From positions 288,001-352,000 of the forward strand of contig CAWJCS010000004.1 in the NCBI GenBank assembly GCA_963841435.1: a DNA stretch of 64,000 bases. The letters are read 5' to 3'. The translations under genes were made by a program, and so were the position numbers. Positions within the stretch are counted from its first letter, which is position 1. The number at the start of each line of letters is the position of its first letter. Positions 52,363 to 62,619 of the stretch are shown here, piece after piece. The notes under the pieces are model-generated. The model saw only the letters and a list, made by a program, of their open reading frames with translations. It made no database searches and was not told the DNA's origin. This DNA is from an uncultured delta proteobacterium (GTDB taxonomy: Bacteria; Myxococcota_A; Polyangia; Polyangiales; Polyangiaceae).

Positions 52363-53802
52363 TCACAGCCCGATTTCGTATCCGAGGGTGGGCTCGAAGA
52401 CCGTATCCGGGAACATCACGTTCAGGTTGAAGACGATCGCCGAATCGTTTGCGAGCGCGAACACCATGTGCAGCGTGGGACCGAAGAAGAAGTGGCTCCC
52501 GCTCCGATACGCGTTCAGCACACGCTGAACGGCCCGCACGTCGCCATTCCCATCGGGCAGGAGATAGGCGTTCAGCTCGCTGGCCGTCGCGGTGCGACAG
52601 GCCTGACGCGACGCCGAATCGACACAGTCGACGATCCTCACGCTCCCCGCGGAGTCGACCTCTGCATACCCGCCCGCAAGGCCTAGGTAAGGACGAAAGT
52701 TCTTGTTGAACACATCCTTCCTCACGCTGTAGAGGGCGCGCGCCTCGATGTGCAGGGGTGTGAAATGCTTGGGGGCGCCGCGAAAGGCCCAGCCGATCCG
52801 ACCGCCGAAGAGGAGCCGCTGGAGCGCGTAGTCGTACGAAACGAGCGCGCGAACGGTCGCGAAACGCGCGCTCGACGAGAGGTGCCCCGCGTAGGCGTTG
52901 GCCGGCGTCCCCGTGTACGGATTGCCCGCCTGGTAGCAGGCGTAGCGCTTGCTGTCCTCGGTCTGGCCGGCTCCGTCGGGACCGCACACGCCGTCTGCCT
53001 CGCGCGTCAGGATGAAGTCGGCCCCTGCGTGGAGCCCGATCCAATGATGCTTCGGCGGCCCCAGCCGCTCGGCGAGCTCTTCACGCGTCGGAAAGTGGCA
53101 GATGCCATCGTCACACTCCGACCCGTCGGGGCAATCCGCCGGCCTCTCGCATTTCTGCGGGTTGTCGCAGTTGCCGTTCATGCACTCGAGTCCGGTCTGG
53201 CACTGCGGGGTCTCGGTGCAGCTCGCGCCCCATGCGCGCTTGGCAGCCTTGCTCGGCTTGGTGCCGGGACACGCGGCGGTGCCGAGCATCTCCGGGGGGC
53301 AATCGCTGCTGTCGAAGCAACGTGACGGCGGGTCGTGGTTCGGTAGCGACGGCGGCGGCACCTTGGATTGATCCACGAGCCGAATGTGCATGGGCGCGCT
53401 GCTGCGGCCGATGCGCGCGACGACCTTGTTCGCGTCGTTGCGGGCGAACGCATAGACCGCGAGCACGCCGCGGTCGTTCGTGGCTGTGCACGGGATCATT
53501 CCCGTCCAGGTTCCCCCTTGGTTTTCCAGCTCGACCTTGGCCCACTTGCCGCCTTCGAGTCGGTAGCGAACCTCGACGCCAGCGACCTCGTAGTCGGTCT
53601 CGCACGAGAAAGGGATCGGTCGTCTTGTCTCGACCTCGCGCACCTGCGGCACGCAGACCATGCCGCGCGTCTCGACCTCGGAAGACGACTTCCTACCCGG
53701 CGAGGGGGGATTGTTTTGGATCTGGATGTCGTCGTCAGCGCCAGCGTCGGGCGACGCAAGAAGCACGAGCGTGGCGAGGAGGATCTTCCCGATGAGCTTC
53801 AT
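52363..53802 (-). CDS. Secreted protein: beta-rich domain, Cys-rich modules, probable C-terminal outer membrane beta-domain
   Basis: Signal peptide ending AGA; CxxxxDCP repeats; amphipathic strands ending LGYEIGL. Confidence 0.7.
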   Translation of the reverse strand: MKLIGKILLATLVLLASPDAGADDDIQIQNNPPSPGRKSSSEVETRGMVCVPQVREVETRRPIPFSCETDYEVAGVEVRYRLEGGKWAKVELENQGGTWTGMIPCTATNDRGVLAVYAFARNDANKVVARIGRSSAPMHIRLVDQSKVPPPSLPNHDPPSRCFDSSDCPPEMLGTAACPGTKPSKAAKRAWGASCTETPQCQTGLECMNGNCDNPQKCERPADCPDGSECDDGICHFPTREELAERLGPPKHHWIGLHAGADFILTREADGVCGPDGAGQTEDSKRYACYQAGNPYTGTPANAYAGHLSSSARFATVRALVSYDYALQRLLFGGRIGWAFRGAPKHFTPLHIEARALYSVRKDVFNKNFRPYLGLAGGYAEVDSAGSVRIVDCVDSASRQACRTATASELNAYLLPDGNGDVRAVQRVLNAYRSGSHFFFGPTLHMVFALANDSAIVFNLNVMFPDTVFEPTLGYEIGL

Positions 53803-54015
53803 CTGAGGGCCCTTCGCAGTTCTGGCGCCGGCCGGGCGCGGCGCGAGCGTCCGGCATGTTGCGACGCCAAGTCAAGAGACGGGCCACATGCGCTTCTGGT
53901 GGCGTCTCGTCGGGAACCGGTCCCACGGAAAAATTCAATTGCAGAGGCTGAGACCTCGGGCTTGCGGCCTTGGCGCCCGCGAACTACTAGCGAAATGCTC
54001 GGCTTTTGACCCGCG

Positions 54016-55512
54016 ATGCCCCGAACCGCCCCCGCCTTCTGCCTCGCCGTGCTTTTCGCCCTCGGCCCAGGGGCACCCCCGGGAACGCCGTTCGCGCCGA
54101 AAATCGCCTTCGCGGCGTCGGAGAGCGGCAAGAAGCAGATCGCCGTCGGCAAGGTGCAGGGCCCCAACGCTACCAAGGTTCGCGTGGCGCTCATGAAGCG
54201 CATCAAGGACTCCGGCTGGTACAACGTGGCCGACGCCGAGGACCTGAAGCCCACGCTGCCGAAGTCCAAGATCGCCAAGCTTGCCGGCATCCTCGGCGCG
54301 AACGGTATCGTGATGGGGACCGTCTCGAAGAAGATGGACCTCACGCTCGTCATCTACAAGGCGAGCGGCGAGCCCGTTGCCGAGGTGCTCGTCAAGGGTG
54401 GCAGCCTGAAGCAGCTCGAGGCGACTCTGGAGTCCGACTTCGACACGACAATCGCGGGCCCGCTCGCCGACGCGACGGGCGGCTACAGACCCGGCCCCAC
54501 GAAGCCGCCTTCGCCTCCCGAAATGGAGGAGGAGCCCGAGCCCGACCTCGACGCCTTGGGTGGGGGTGCTGCGGAGCCCGAGTCCGAGGAGGAAGACGAA
54601 GAGCCCACCGACGAAGCGGTTGCCACGGAGCCCGAGGAAGCAGCCGACGAGCCAGCGCCAGAGAAGGCCAAAAAGAAGGCGGGGCGAACGCCCTTCGAGC
54701 TCGTTTTGGGCCTGCGCGGATACAACCGTGAGTTCAACTACACCGACCCGGTAGGCCAGCGCGATACCACGCCGCCCGATGCCGGGGGACCGCGTCCGAG
54801 GAACCTCGTGCCCTACAAGCTGGCGTTCGCGCCGGCACTGAAGGCGAGCACTCGACTTTACCCCTTGGCGTTCTTCCGCGATGACGCTGCAGGGTGGTTC
54901 GGCGTCGCTGCGGATTTCGAGCTCGGTATCGCGACGACGACGAACCTGGAAGAGCAGCTCACCGGCGGCCAGACTCGCGTCACGAAGCTGAAGACGAGCG
55001 CGCAGGCCTTCGACGTGGGCCTCCGCGCGCGGCTCCCCATCGGGCCGGTCGAGCTCGGGATCTTCGGCATGTACGGGTCGCAGTCGTTCGTGCTCGTCGG
55101 CGACGAGGGCGGAACCGGCCTCGAGCCGCTCGTCCCCGACGTGCGTTACAACTACGTGCGTGTGGGCGGCGACATCCGCGCGCGCATCTCGAAGCTCTTG
55201 ATCGGCGCGCACATCGCCCCGCGCTTCCTGCTCAGCCTGCACCAGATCGACCTCGAGTACGTGTGGTTCCCGGGCGCGAAGGGCAAGGGGCTCGACTTCG
55301 GCCTCGACCTCGGCTGGCAGCTCCTGCCGTGGCTCGACGTCGTGGCTGGCGCCAACGTCGTTCGCTACGGCTTCGATTTCAATGGGATCCCGGCCGAGGC
55401 CGCGCCCTGCCCCGATCATCTCTGTCGCTCGCCCGTGATCGCCGGCGGCGCCACCGACACGTACATCTCTGGCTGGCTCGGCGTCATGGTGACGCTCGGT
55501 GGCTCGAAGTAG
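54016..55512 (+). CDS. Secreted protein: basic alpha/beta domain, acidic linker, probable outer membrane beta-barrel
   Basis: Signal-like N-terminus; EEEPEP...ESEEEDEE linker; many Gly/aromatic amphipathic strands. Confidence 0.7.
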   Translation: MPRTAPAFCLAVLFALGPGAPPGTPFAPKIAFAASESGKKQIAVGKVQGPNATKVRVALMKRIKDSGWYNVADAEDLKPTLPKSKIAKLAGILGANGIVMGTVSKKMDLTLVIYKASGEPVAEVLVKGGSLKQLEATLESDFDTTIAGPLADATGGYRPGPTKPPSPPEMEEEPEPDLDALGGGAAEPESEEEDEEPTDEAVATEPEEAADEPAPEKAKKKAGRTPFELVLGLRGYNREFNYTDPVGQRDTTPPDAGGPRPRNLVPYKLAFAPALKASTRLYPLAFFRDDAAGWFGVAADFELGIATTTNLEEQLTGGQTRVTKLKTSAQAFDVGLRARLPIGPVELGIFGMYGSQSFVLVGDEGGTGLEPLVPDVRYNYVRVGGDIRARISKLLIGAHIAPRFLLSLHQIDLEYVWFPGAKGKGLDFGLDLGWQLLPWLDVVAGANVVRYGFDFNGIPAEAAPCPDHLCRSPVIAGGATDTYISGWLGVMVTLGGSK

Positions 55513-55522
55513 GCCCGAGCCT

Positions 55523-55883
55523 TCAGGTCCCTGCGCTGCCGGCGTCGCCGGCGGCACCCGCGGCACCCGCGGCGCCCGCGACCCCGCCGGCGCCGGCACC
55601 GGCCGCGCCCAACATGCCGCTCGTACCCGCGGCGCCCGACGCACCCGCGACCCCGCCGGCACCGCTCGCGCCGCTCATGCCGCTCGTGCCCGCCAAGCGC
55701 CCGCGCTGCCACCGTTCCCGAAGGTGCCGCTGCCGCCCGCGGCACCCGCGGTCATCTCGCCGCCGGAGCCGGCCACCCGTCTCTTTGAACGTCGGGCAGA
55801 TCGGCGCATGCCCAGCCGAACTGGGCGAGCAGCGCGACCTGGTAAGCGGGTGAGCAGAGGCGGTTTGCGAGCTCGTCCTGCAT
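55523..55883 (-). pseudogene. Broken Gly/Ala-rich ORF
   Basis: MQDELANRLCSPAYQVALLAQFGWACADLPD is followed in other frames by AGSGGEMTAGAAGGSG and GTSGMSGASGAGGVAG...AGT-stop; at least two frame changes are needed. Confidence 0.4.
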
Positions 55884-55907
55884 GCCTGGACGGGATGCGC
55901 ACGGATA

Positions 55908-57395
55908 CTAATTCTCCTTCGGCGAAGGCTCGAGCGGCCCGTCTGGGTGGTTCGGCTGCGCTCGGCTCCACGAGGCGTACGCGCGCATCAGCGCGCCGAA
56001 AATCCAGTTGCCGATCCGCTCGGCGCCCGCGCCCGACGGGTGCGTGAAGTCGGCCTGGCCGAGGCCGCGCTTCACCCAGGTGGGCATCGAGCCCTTGCCG
56101 CCCATCGCCGTGTACGTGTCGAAGTACGCGCAACCCACCTCGGCGGCCGCGCGTCGCTGCTCCGCAACGAGCGACGGGATGACGCGCACGCTGACGATCG
56201 AATCGCCCTGTTTGGCGGCCCGATCCATCGCCGAGACGATGAGACAGCTGCTTTCCGGCAGGATGCGCCGGACGGTTTCGAGCACCTCGCGCATCGTGCG
56301 CTGGTAGTCTTGCATCGAGTAGACGAAGCCGTCGCCGCTCTCGTTGGCGCCGAACTGGTAGACGACGAGCTCCGGTGCCCGCGCTCTGAGCTGCTCGGCC
56401 CAGTGGCTCTCCTCCTGTTTCGCGAGGAAGCGGATGCGCGCGCCCTGAATGCCGATCGCATCGAGCACGACGCCGGGGCCGTCTCGCTCGAGCACCACGC
56501 CGAATACCCGGCTCGAGCCCGACAGCGTCTGAAGCTCGAGCTGGTGCTGCCCGTCGGGCGCTCGCACCTCGTGGAAGCGCGAGCGGCTCTCGGGGCCCGT
56601 CGTGTCCACGACCTCGATGTCGCGACCGTCGAGCCGGAGCTGAAACCGACCACCTCGCGGCTCTTCGGCGTACGCGACCACGAAGCGCGACACACGGCTG
56701 CCGACCCCGCTCGTGCCCTCGGTGCCGATGCGAGAGAGCACGTGTTTTTCCGCGCGGAACGACACGCCCCCGAGGCCGTAGAAGCCGTCGCTCGCGTAGG
56801 GGCCCACGACGCGGCTCACCTTCCAGCCCGACGTGGCGTAGCGGTTCACGTCGAGATGAAAGTACGAAGGCCAGGCGTTCGCGACCAGCGTGAAGCCGTG
56901 CCCCGCGTCGCCGAAGCGGCGCTGCAGCGTACGGCGGAGCGTCCCCGAGACGAAGTCACTCGCCACGACCGAGTCGCCGTAGTGCACGATGCGAGCGATG
57001 GCACCCGGCTCGTGGCGATCGACGCGAGCTAGCTTCACGAAGAAAGCGTCGAGCGCGTGCCCCGACGGATCGACGATGGGCACCGGTGGCTGGTCCTTAC
57101 CCGGCAGGGCCGGGTCCTCGACCTCCGCCGCGGCGATTGGGCCACGCGCGCGCTTTGGGGCGGTGCCCGGTGCCTCGCGTTCACGCGTTTCCGTGTCGAG
57201 ACTCGCCTCACCGACGCTGTCGACGGGCGCGGCGAGCAGCACCGGTGCCTCGCTCGTCGCGGGGCGTTCGCCGAACAGCCGAAACCGCGCGAGGCCGGGC
57301 GTGACTTCGACGAGTGTCGAGAGCGCGAGGAGCGTCGCCATCGCCACGGCGGGGCGTGACCCGAGTGGGCTCGGGACGCGACCGTGGGCGCTCAC
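55908..57395 (-). CDS. SGNH/GDSL hydrolase or O-acetyltransferase, membrane-anchored
   Basis: YGDS, LQRRFGDAGHG, GIQG, QFGANE, DFTH (DxxH); GTGA overlap with the FHA gene. Confidence 0.85.
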   Translation of the reverse strand: MSAHGRVPSPLGSRPAVAMATLLALSTLVEVTPGLARFRLFGERPATSEAPVLLAAPVDSVGEASLDTETREREAPGTAPKRARGPIAAAEVEDPALPGKDQPPVPIVDPSGHALDAFFVKLARVDRHEPGAIARIVHYGDSVVASDFVSGTLRRTLQRRFGDAGHGFTLVANAWPSYFHLDVNRYATSGWKVSRVVGPYASDGFYGLGGVSFRAEKHVLSRIGTEGTSGVGSRVSRFVVAYAEEPRGGRFQLRLDGRDIEVVDTTGPESRSRFHEVRAPDGQHQLELQTLSGSSRVFGVVLERDGPGVVLDAIGIQGARIRFLAKQEESHWAEQLRARAPELVVYQFGANESGDGFVYSMQDYQRTMREVLETVRRILPESSCLIVSAMDRAAKQGDSIVSVRVIPSLVAEQRRAAAEVGCAYFDTYTAMGGKGSMPTWVKRGLGQADFTHPSGAGAERIGNWIFGALMRAYASWSRAQPNHPDGPLEPSPKEN

Positions 57396-58726
57396 GGGTC
57401 GCCGAACGGGTTTTTTCGTACGAGCAACGTCGAGGTCGGCGTGGCCTTGGCCGCGCCCTGAGAAGCCTTCTTCGGCGAGCCGCCGGTCGTTTTTGCCGCC
57501 GTCGGCGCGCCGGCGGCGTGCTTGGCGCTCGGCTCGGGCGGTTCCGACGAGGCCACCGCCTCGACGGGCTCACTCTCGTCACTGGGCAGGTCGGTCACGT
57601 TCACGGTCGCCTGCCGCATGGCCTCAATCTCGTCGGCGGCGCGGCGGCGACGCGCAGGATCGACGCTGGGCGCGCGCGCGACGCGGTCGAGCAGCGCCTG
57701 CTTCTCGGACGGATCCTGCGTATGGCTGGCCTTTTCGAACAGGGCGTCGGCCCACGCGTCCTGGATGGACCGAAAATCCGGCGAAGCGCGCAGATTGCTC
57801 GTTTCCGGGATCTGGTTGGCGCGCTTCACCGCCGCTTCGAGGTTGCCCTTCTTGCGCAGACCGGTGGCTTCCTTCAGGAGCTGAGCGACGGGGTCGATGC
57901 GCTCGGCTTGAGCCATCGGAGCGGCGGGCGGTTCGGACCGCCGCAACGCGAGCACCAGACCTGCCGTCATCGCGAGCAGCGCGGCACCGATCCCGAGCTT
58001 GACCGGCATCGAGAGGCCACCCTTCGTGCCTGCGCCGATGTCGGCCCTCAGCGCATCCTCCGGGCTCGGAATGTAGATCTCGCCCGCCGGCAGGAATTTG
58101 AACACGACGTCGCCGAGCTCGACCACGTCGCGCGAGTCGAGAAGGCTCGCCGGTAGCTCCGAGCCGTTGACCCTGATGCCGTTCGCGCTGCTAAGATCGA
58201 CGATCTCCCAGCGACGCGGGCCGACGGGACGCACCTCGGCGTGCACGCGCGAGACGGAGGGGTGGTTGACCGAGATTTCGCAGTCTTCGCCGCGGCCGAT
58301 CACCATGCGGTTGTTGCCGAGCGCGAACTCCTGGCCCTGGCCCGGCCCTGCGATCAGAACGAGCCGATCGTTGTTCGTGTTCATGCCCGGGCGCCCGGGC
58401 AACGTGAGGACGCCGTCGTCGCTACCCGCGGCCAGCGTCTCGTCTTCCAGTGTCAGCCGATAATCTCCGAGCTGGATGAGATCACCGTGCATCAGCTTCT
58501 GCGGTTCGCCGACGCGGGCGCCGTTCACGAAGCAACCGTTGTAACTCTCAACGTCGTGCAGCCGCCATTCCTCGCCATGCTGGGCGAGCCGCGCATGACG
58601 CCGCGAGATGTTGCGCTCCGTCAGGCGCACGGCATTCCCCTCCTCCCGCCCGATGGTGTACTCGTCTCGGACCAGGTGGACGACGGTTTTGTTACCCTGA
58701 TCGTCCTGTATCGTCAGCTTCCACAT
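57392..58726 (-). CDS. Double-FHA domain membrane protein
   Basis: IGR...ISRRHA...SYNGCFVNG and IGR...VSRVHA...SANGIRVNG; TM helix; helical periplasmic region. Confidence 0.9.
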   Translation of the reverse strand: MWKLTIQDDQGNKTVVHLVRDEYTIGREEGNAVRLTERNISRRHARLAQHGEEWRLHDVESYNGCFVNGARVGEPQKLMHGDLIQLGDYRLTLEDETLAAGSDDGVLTLPGRPGMNTNNDRLVLIAGPGQGQEFALGNNRMVIGRGEDCEISVNHPSVSRVHAEVRPVGPRRWEIVDLSSANGIRVNGSELPASLLDSRDVVELGDVVFKFLPAGEIYIPSPEDALRADIGAGTKGGLSMPVKLGIGAALLAMTAGLVLALRRSEPPAAPMAQAERIDPVAQLLKEATGLRKKGNLEAAVKRANQIPETSNLRASPDFRSIQDAWADALFEKASHTQDPSEKQALLDRVARAPSVDPARRRRAADEIEAMRQATVNVTDLPSDESEPVEAVASSEPPEPSAKHAAGAPTAAKTTGGSPKKASQGAAKATPTSTLLVRKNPFGDP

Positions 58727-59899
58727 CGGGGGGGCGCGGGAGGGGCTCAGCAGGGCGAGGCCGGTCACCCGAGTCTTTCACGGCTGATCGCTCAAGGAAA
58801 GCCCCCGCGCCATGGCGCCACAGCGCGTCGTGCACTTTGGGCCGAACCGTGCGGATCTGCGCGTTGTCGCGGCTAGGGCAGACGCGATTGGTCAGGAGCA
58901 CGCTGACGCGCTCGGCCGCTGGGTCGCACCAGAGGCTCGTCCCGGTGAAACCCAGGTGGCCGAAGGTTTCCGGGCTCGCGAGAGCTCCCGCTGCCGAGCC
59001 CGTGCCGGACTTCCCGTCGAAGCCCGCCCGGAGGCTCCCGCCGGGGCGCTCGACCACGAGCGGAGCGATGTCACCGGTTCGGAGCCACGCGTCGTTTCGC
59101 CCTGCGAGCGCGTCGAGCACGGCCTGGCCGAGCCCGAGGACGCCCTGCACCGAGCCAAACAACCCCGCGTGCCCCGAGAGCCCATGTCCGGAGAGCGCCC
59201 AAGCGTTGTCGTCGTGCACGGTGCCGCGGATGACCCCGCCGCGGAACGCTACCGTCTCGGTCGGTGGAACGCGTCGCAAGAAATCGTCAATCGAACGCAT
59301 CCAGCCGCGCGCCGAGCGCACGGCGAGCCCGAGCGGTCGGCAGAATCTCGTCCTGTACGATGTCGTCGAGCGGCGCGAAGGTGGCGTGCTCGAGCATGAT
59401 GCCCGCGAGAACGTAGCCGAGATCGCTGTAGACGGGCACGAAGCCCTGTTCGGGTCGCGGCCCGACGGCGTCGGTGCGCCGGGCCTCGGCAGCGGTGCGT
59501 ACGAGTGTGGCGCGCTCGATCGGGACACCCCGCCTCAGTGCTTCGAAGAGCGGCAGGTGCGCCTCGAGCCCCGCGCGGTGCGAGAGGAGCGCCACGAGCG
59601 GTGCATCGGCCGTCGGGGTGTCGCCGAGCTCCGGGACGAGCTCGGCGAGGGTGGTCTCGAAGGAGACGCGCCCCGCACGCACGAGCCTCGCCGCGGCGAC
59701 GGCCACGAAGGGCTTGGTCACGGAAGCGAGAATCGAAGAGGGCCTCGACCCCGCCGTAGGCGCCGAGCCCGGCCGCCCCGGTCGCGGTCCCAAAGTGGCC
59801 GTCGGGGCCGCGGTAGGCGACGCCCACGGCCGCCTGAGGGGCCGCCCCGGCCTCGAGCGCAAGGGTGGCAACGGCGTCGAGGGCGTTCGGCGGGCTCAT
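58692..59899 (-). CDS. Serine hydrolase, beta-lactamase class C-like; two +1 frameshifts (59731-59732 and 59344-59345)
   Basis: After repair: FDLASVTK (SxxK), LLSHRAGL, YSDLG, VHDDNA, GHAGLF, FGHLGFTGTSLW; about 401 aa. Confidence 0.87.
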
Positions 59900-59911
59900 G
59901 AGCCCTGTCTT

Positions 59912-59941
59912 TTGACCTGAAAGCGCGGAGACCGCTATCCT
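59912..59941 (+). promoter_or_regulatory. sigma70-like promoter for pilC
   Basis: TTGACC-18 nt-TATCCT. Confidence 0.45.
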
Positions 59942-59985
59942 AGGCTTGGGTCGGCGTCTCGAGTGACCGGCCCGTCTTCGAGCCC

Positions 59986-61200
59986 ATGGCAGAATTCACC
60001 TGGGAAGCGCGCGGCAGGACAGGTGAGCTGCGGCGTGGGGTCATGGAGGCCGACACGGAGGAGGCCGTCAACCAACGCCTCCGATCGCAGCAGCTCGCTC
60101 CCGTTCGCGTTCAGAAGAAGCGACGCATCGTCAACCTCAGCTTCGGCTCGGGGGTGCAGACGAAGGATCTCGTTACCTTCACGCGCCTCTTCGCCACGAT
60201 GATCGACGCGGGCTTGCCGCTCGTGCAGTGCCTCGAGATCCTCGCCGGGCAGCAGCCCAACAAGCGCTTTGGCACCGTGCTGAAGGACGTCAAGAACGCG
60301 GTCGAGGGAGGCTCCTCGTTCAGCGACTCACTCCGCCGCCATCCCAAGGTGTTCGACGAGCTTTTCGTCAACCTGGTTCAGGCAGGCGAGACGGGCGGCA
60401 TCCTCGACGGCATCATGACGCGCCTCTCCGTCTATCTGGAGAAGCGCCAAAAGCTCGTGCGCCAGGTGCGCGGCGCGATGGTCTACCCGAGCATCGTGAT
60501 CGTCATCGCCGGGGGCGTGATGACCGTGTTGCTTACCTTCGTGATCCCCGCGTTCGAGAACATGTTCAAGGACTTCGGCGGCGGCAAGGACAGCCTGCCG
60601 GCGCTCACGCGCCTAATCATCGCCATGTCGCGCGGCTTCGTCTCCGCCCTGCCGTACCTCGTCGTCCTTTTGATCGCCGTGGTGGCCGGCATCACCTGGG
60701 TGTATCGACAGCCCAAGGGCAAACGCTTCTTTCACCAGATGTTCCTCACGTTGCCCATCATGGGGCCGGTGCTGCGCAAGATCGCCGTCGCGCGGTTCAC
60801 GCGCACGCTCGGGACGCTGCTGCAATCGGGCGTGCCCATTCTCGACGCCCTCGAGATCTGCGCGCGCACCGCGGGCAACGTCATCATCGAAGAGGGCGTG
60901 CTCTTCGTGCGGCAGTCGATCAGCGAGGGCAAGAACATGGCCGAGCCCCTCGCGGCGACCAAGATCTTCCCCGACATGGTCGTGCAGATGATTGCCGTCG
61001 GTGAGCAGACCGGTGCGCTCGACCAGATGCTCAACAAGGTCGCGGACTTTTACGAGGAAGAGACGGACATCGCCGTTGCGGCCATGACGAGCGCCATCGA
61101 GCCCCTCCTGATGGTCGGCGTCGGCGGCATGGTGGGCGTCGTGCTCATCGCGATGTACCTTCCGATCTTCTCGCTCGCCGGCAACATCAAGTCCGAATAG
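59986..61200 (+). CDS. pilC: Type IV pilus platform protein PilC (T2SS F family)
   Basis: FTRLFATMIDAGLPLVQCL, AGETGG, AMVYP, ARFTRTLGTLLQSGVPIL, GEQTG, AMYLPIF. Confidence 0.95.
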   Translation: MAEFTWEARGRTGELRRGVMEADTEEAVNQRLRSQQLAPVRVQKKRRIVNLSFGSGVQTKDLVTFTRLFATMIDAGLPLVQCLEILAGQQPNKRFGTVLKDVKNAVEGGSSFSDSLRRHPKVFDELFVNLVQAGETGGILDGIMTRLSVYLEKRQKLVRQVRGAMVYPSIVIVIAGGVMTVLLTFVIPAFENMFKDFGGGKDSLPALTRLIIAMSRGFVSALPYLVVLLIAVVAGITWVYRQPKGKRFFHQMFLTLPIMGPVLRKIAVARFTRTLGTLLQSGVPILDALEICARTAGNVIIEEGVLFVRQSISEGKNMAEPLAATKIFPDMVVQMIAVGEQTGALDQMLNKVADFYEEETDIAVAAMTSAIEPLLMVGVGGMVGVVLIAMYLPIFSLAGNIKSE

Positions 61201-61215
61201 CGAGCGCTTCGAAAC

Positions 61216-62514
61216 GTGGCGATCTCGCTCGGGCTTCCGGACATGGCAGCGTCGGAGACGCTCTCGCGCCGGCTTGCCTGGCTCACCGCTGGTCGGCTGA
61301 TCTTCCTCACGCTCTCGCTCGCGCTGGTGAGTCTCTTTTACCTGCGCGACGCCGAGCTCGGCTCCATGACCTTCAGGGTGGGGCTCGCGCTGCTCGTCGG
61401 CGCGTTCGCACTCACGGGCATCTACTCCCTCTGGCTGCGCGTCGGACGAGCGTTGCCGCTGCTCGCCGACACGCAGCTCGTTCTCGACCAAGTCATCTGG
61501 ACGGTGGTGGCGTACCTCACCGGCGGCGCGTCGAGCGGCGCGGCGTCGTTCTACGGGTTGAGCTGCCTCGTCGGTGCGGCACTCTCGGGCTCGCGCGGCG
61601 CGGCGGTGGCCGCCGGCAGCGGCGTCGTCAGCTACTCGACTCTCGTGCTCTTGCTCGCGACGCGCGTCCTACCCCCACCGTCGGACCAGCTCGAGATCAT
61701 CTACCGCCTCACCGCCGCGGAGGTGCGCTTCTACCTCGCCGTGAATGCTCTCGTGGAGCTCGTCGTCGCGTTGCTCGCGGGAACGCTTGCCGAGCGCCTG
61801 CGCTGGACGGGAGGGGAGCTCGCGGCCGCCACCGAGCGCGCCAACCAGGCCGAGCGCATGGCGGCGCTCGGCCGGCTCGCGGCGGGCCTTGCTCACGAAA
61901 TCCGCAATCCGCTCGGCTCGATCGCCGGCTCCGTGGGGCTATTGCGCAGCGCTTCGGGCCTCACCGACGAGGATCGGCAGCTCTTCGACATCATCCAGCG
62001 CGAAACGGGGCGCCTCAACGACCTCGTGAGCGACATGCTCGATCTTTCGCGTCCGCGCCGCCCCGATATTGCCTCGGTCGACGTGGCTCGCCTGGCTCGC
62101 GACGTCGTCGATCTCGCCGGAGCCTCGGGGCGATCGGCCTCCGACGTCCGTGTTCGCTACGAAGGGCCCGAGAGCCTCACGGTGCGAGCGGACGGCGCCC
62201 AGCTCAAGCAGCTACTTTGGAATCTGGTGCGCAACGGTGTCCAGGCGAGCGGCCCGGGCGACGACGTGGACGTCGTCGTTCGGCTCGGACCGAGGGGCGT
62301 GGAGCTCGCGGTCGTCGACCGTGGAGCGGGCATCGACCCCACCGCGAAGGAGCGACTGTTCGACGCTTTTTTCACCACGCGGTCGCAGGGTACGGGCGTC
62401 GGGCTCGCGCTCGTCAAACGCATCGCCGACGACCACGGTTTCGCCATCGACGTCGAGAGTGACGCCGGCGAGGGGGCGGCGTTCCGCGTCTTCCTCGGGA
62501 CGCCCGTCGAATGA
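61216..62514 (+). CDS. pilS: Membrane sensor histidine kinase, PilS-like
   Basis: Multi-TM N-terminus (QLVLD...YLTGGASS...FY), AHEIRNPL, WNLVRNG, DRGAG, FFTT, GTGVGL; directly after pilC. Confidence 0.82.
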   Translation: MAISLGLPDMAASETLSRRLAWLTAGRLIFLTLSLALVSLFYLRDAELGSMTFRVGLALLVGAFALTGIYSLWLRVGRALPLLADTQLVLDQVIWTVVAYLTGGASSGAASFYGLSCLVGAALSGSRGAAVAAGSGVVSYSTLVLLLATRVLPPPSDQLEIIYRLTAAEVRFYLAVNALVELVVALLAGTLAERLRWTGGELAAATERANQAERMAALGRLAAGLAHEIRNPLGSIAGSVGLLRSASGLTDEDRQLFDIIQRETGRLNDLVSDMLDLSRPRRPDIASVDVARLARDVVDLAGASGRSASDVRVRYEGPESLTVRADGAQLKQLLWNLVRNGVQASGPGDDVDVVVRLGPRGVELAVVDRGAGIDPTAKERLFDAFFTTRSQGTGVGLALVKRIADDHGFAIDVESDAGEGAAFRVFLGTPVE

Positions 62515-62619
62515 CCTGCCGCGCGTGACAGGCCTGGTGGCCGAACCAGGGCGGCCGAGAAATGCGGGCTCTGCCGCGAAGTTGGCGTCCGGGAACGCCG
62601 GCCTGATACGATCCGGCCG

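Noticed and set aside
55530..55745. CRISPR or tandem DNA repeat
   Set aside because: The repeats are irregular, codon-phased Gly/Ala low-complexity sequence with no constant repeat-spacer structure.
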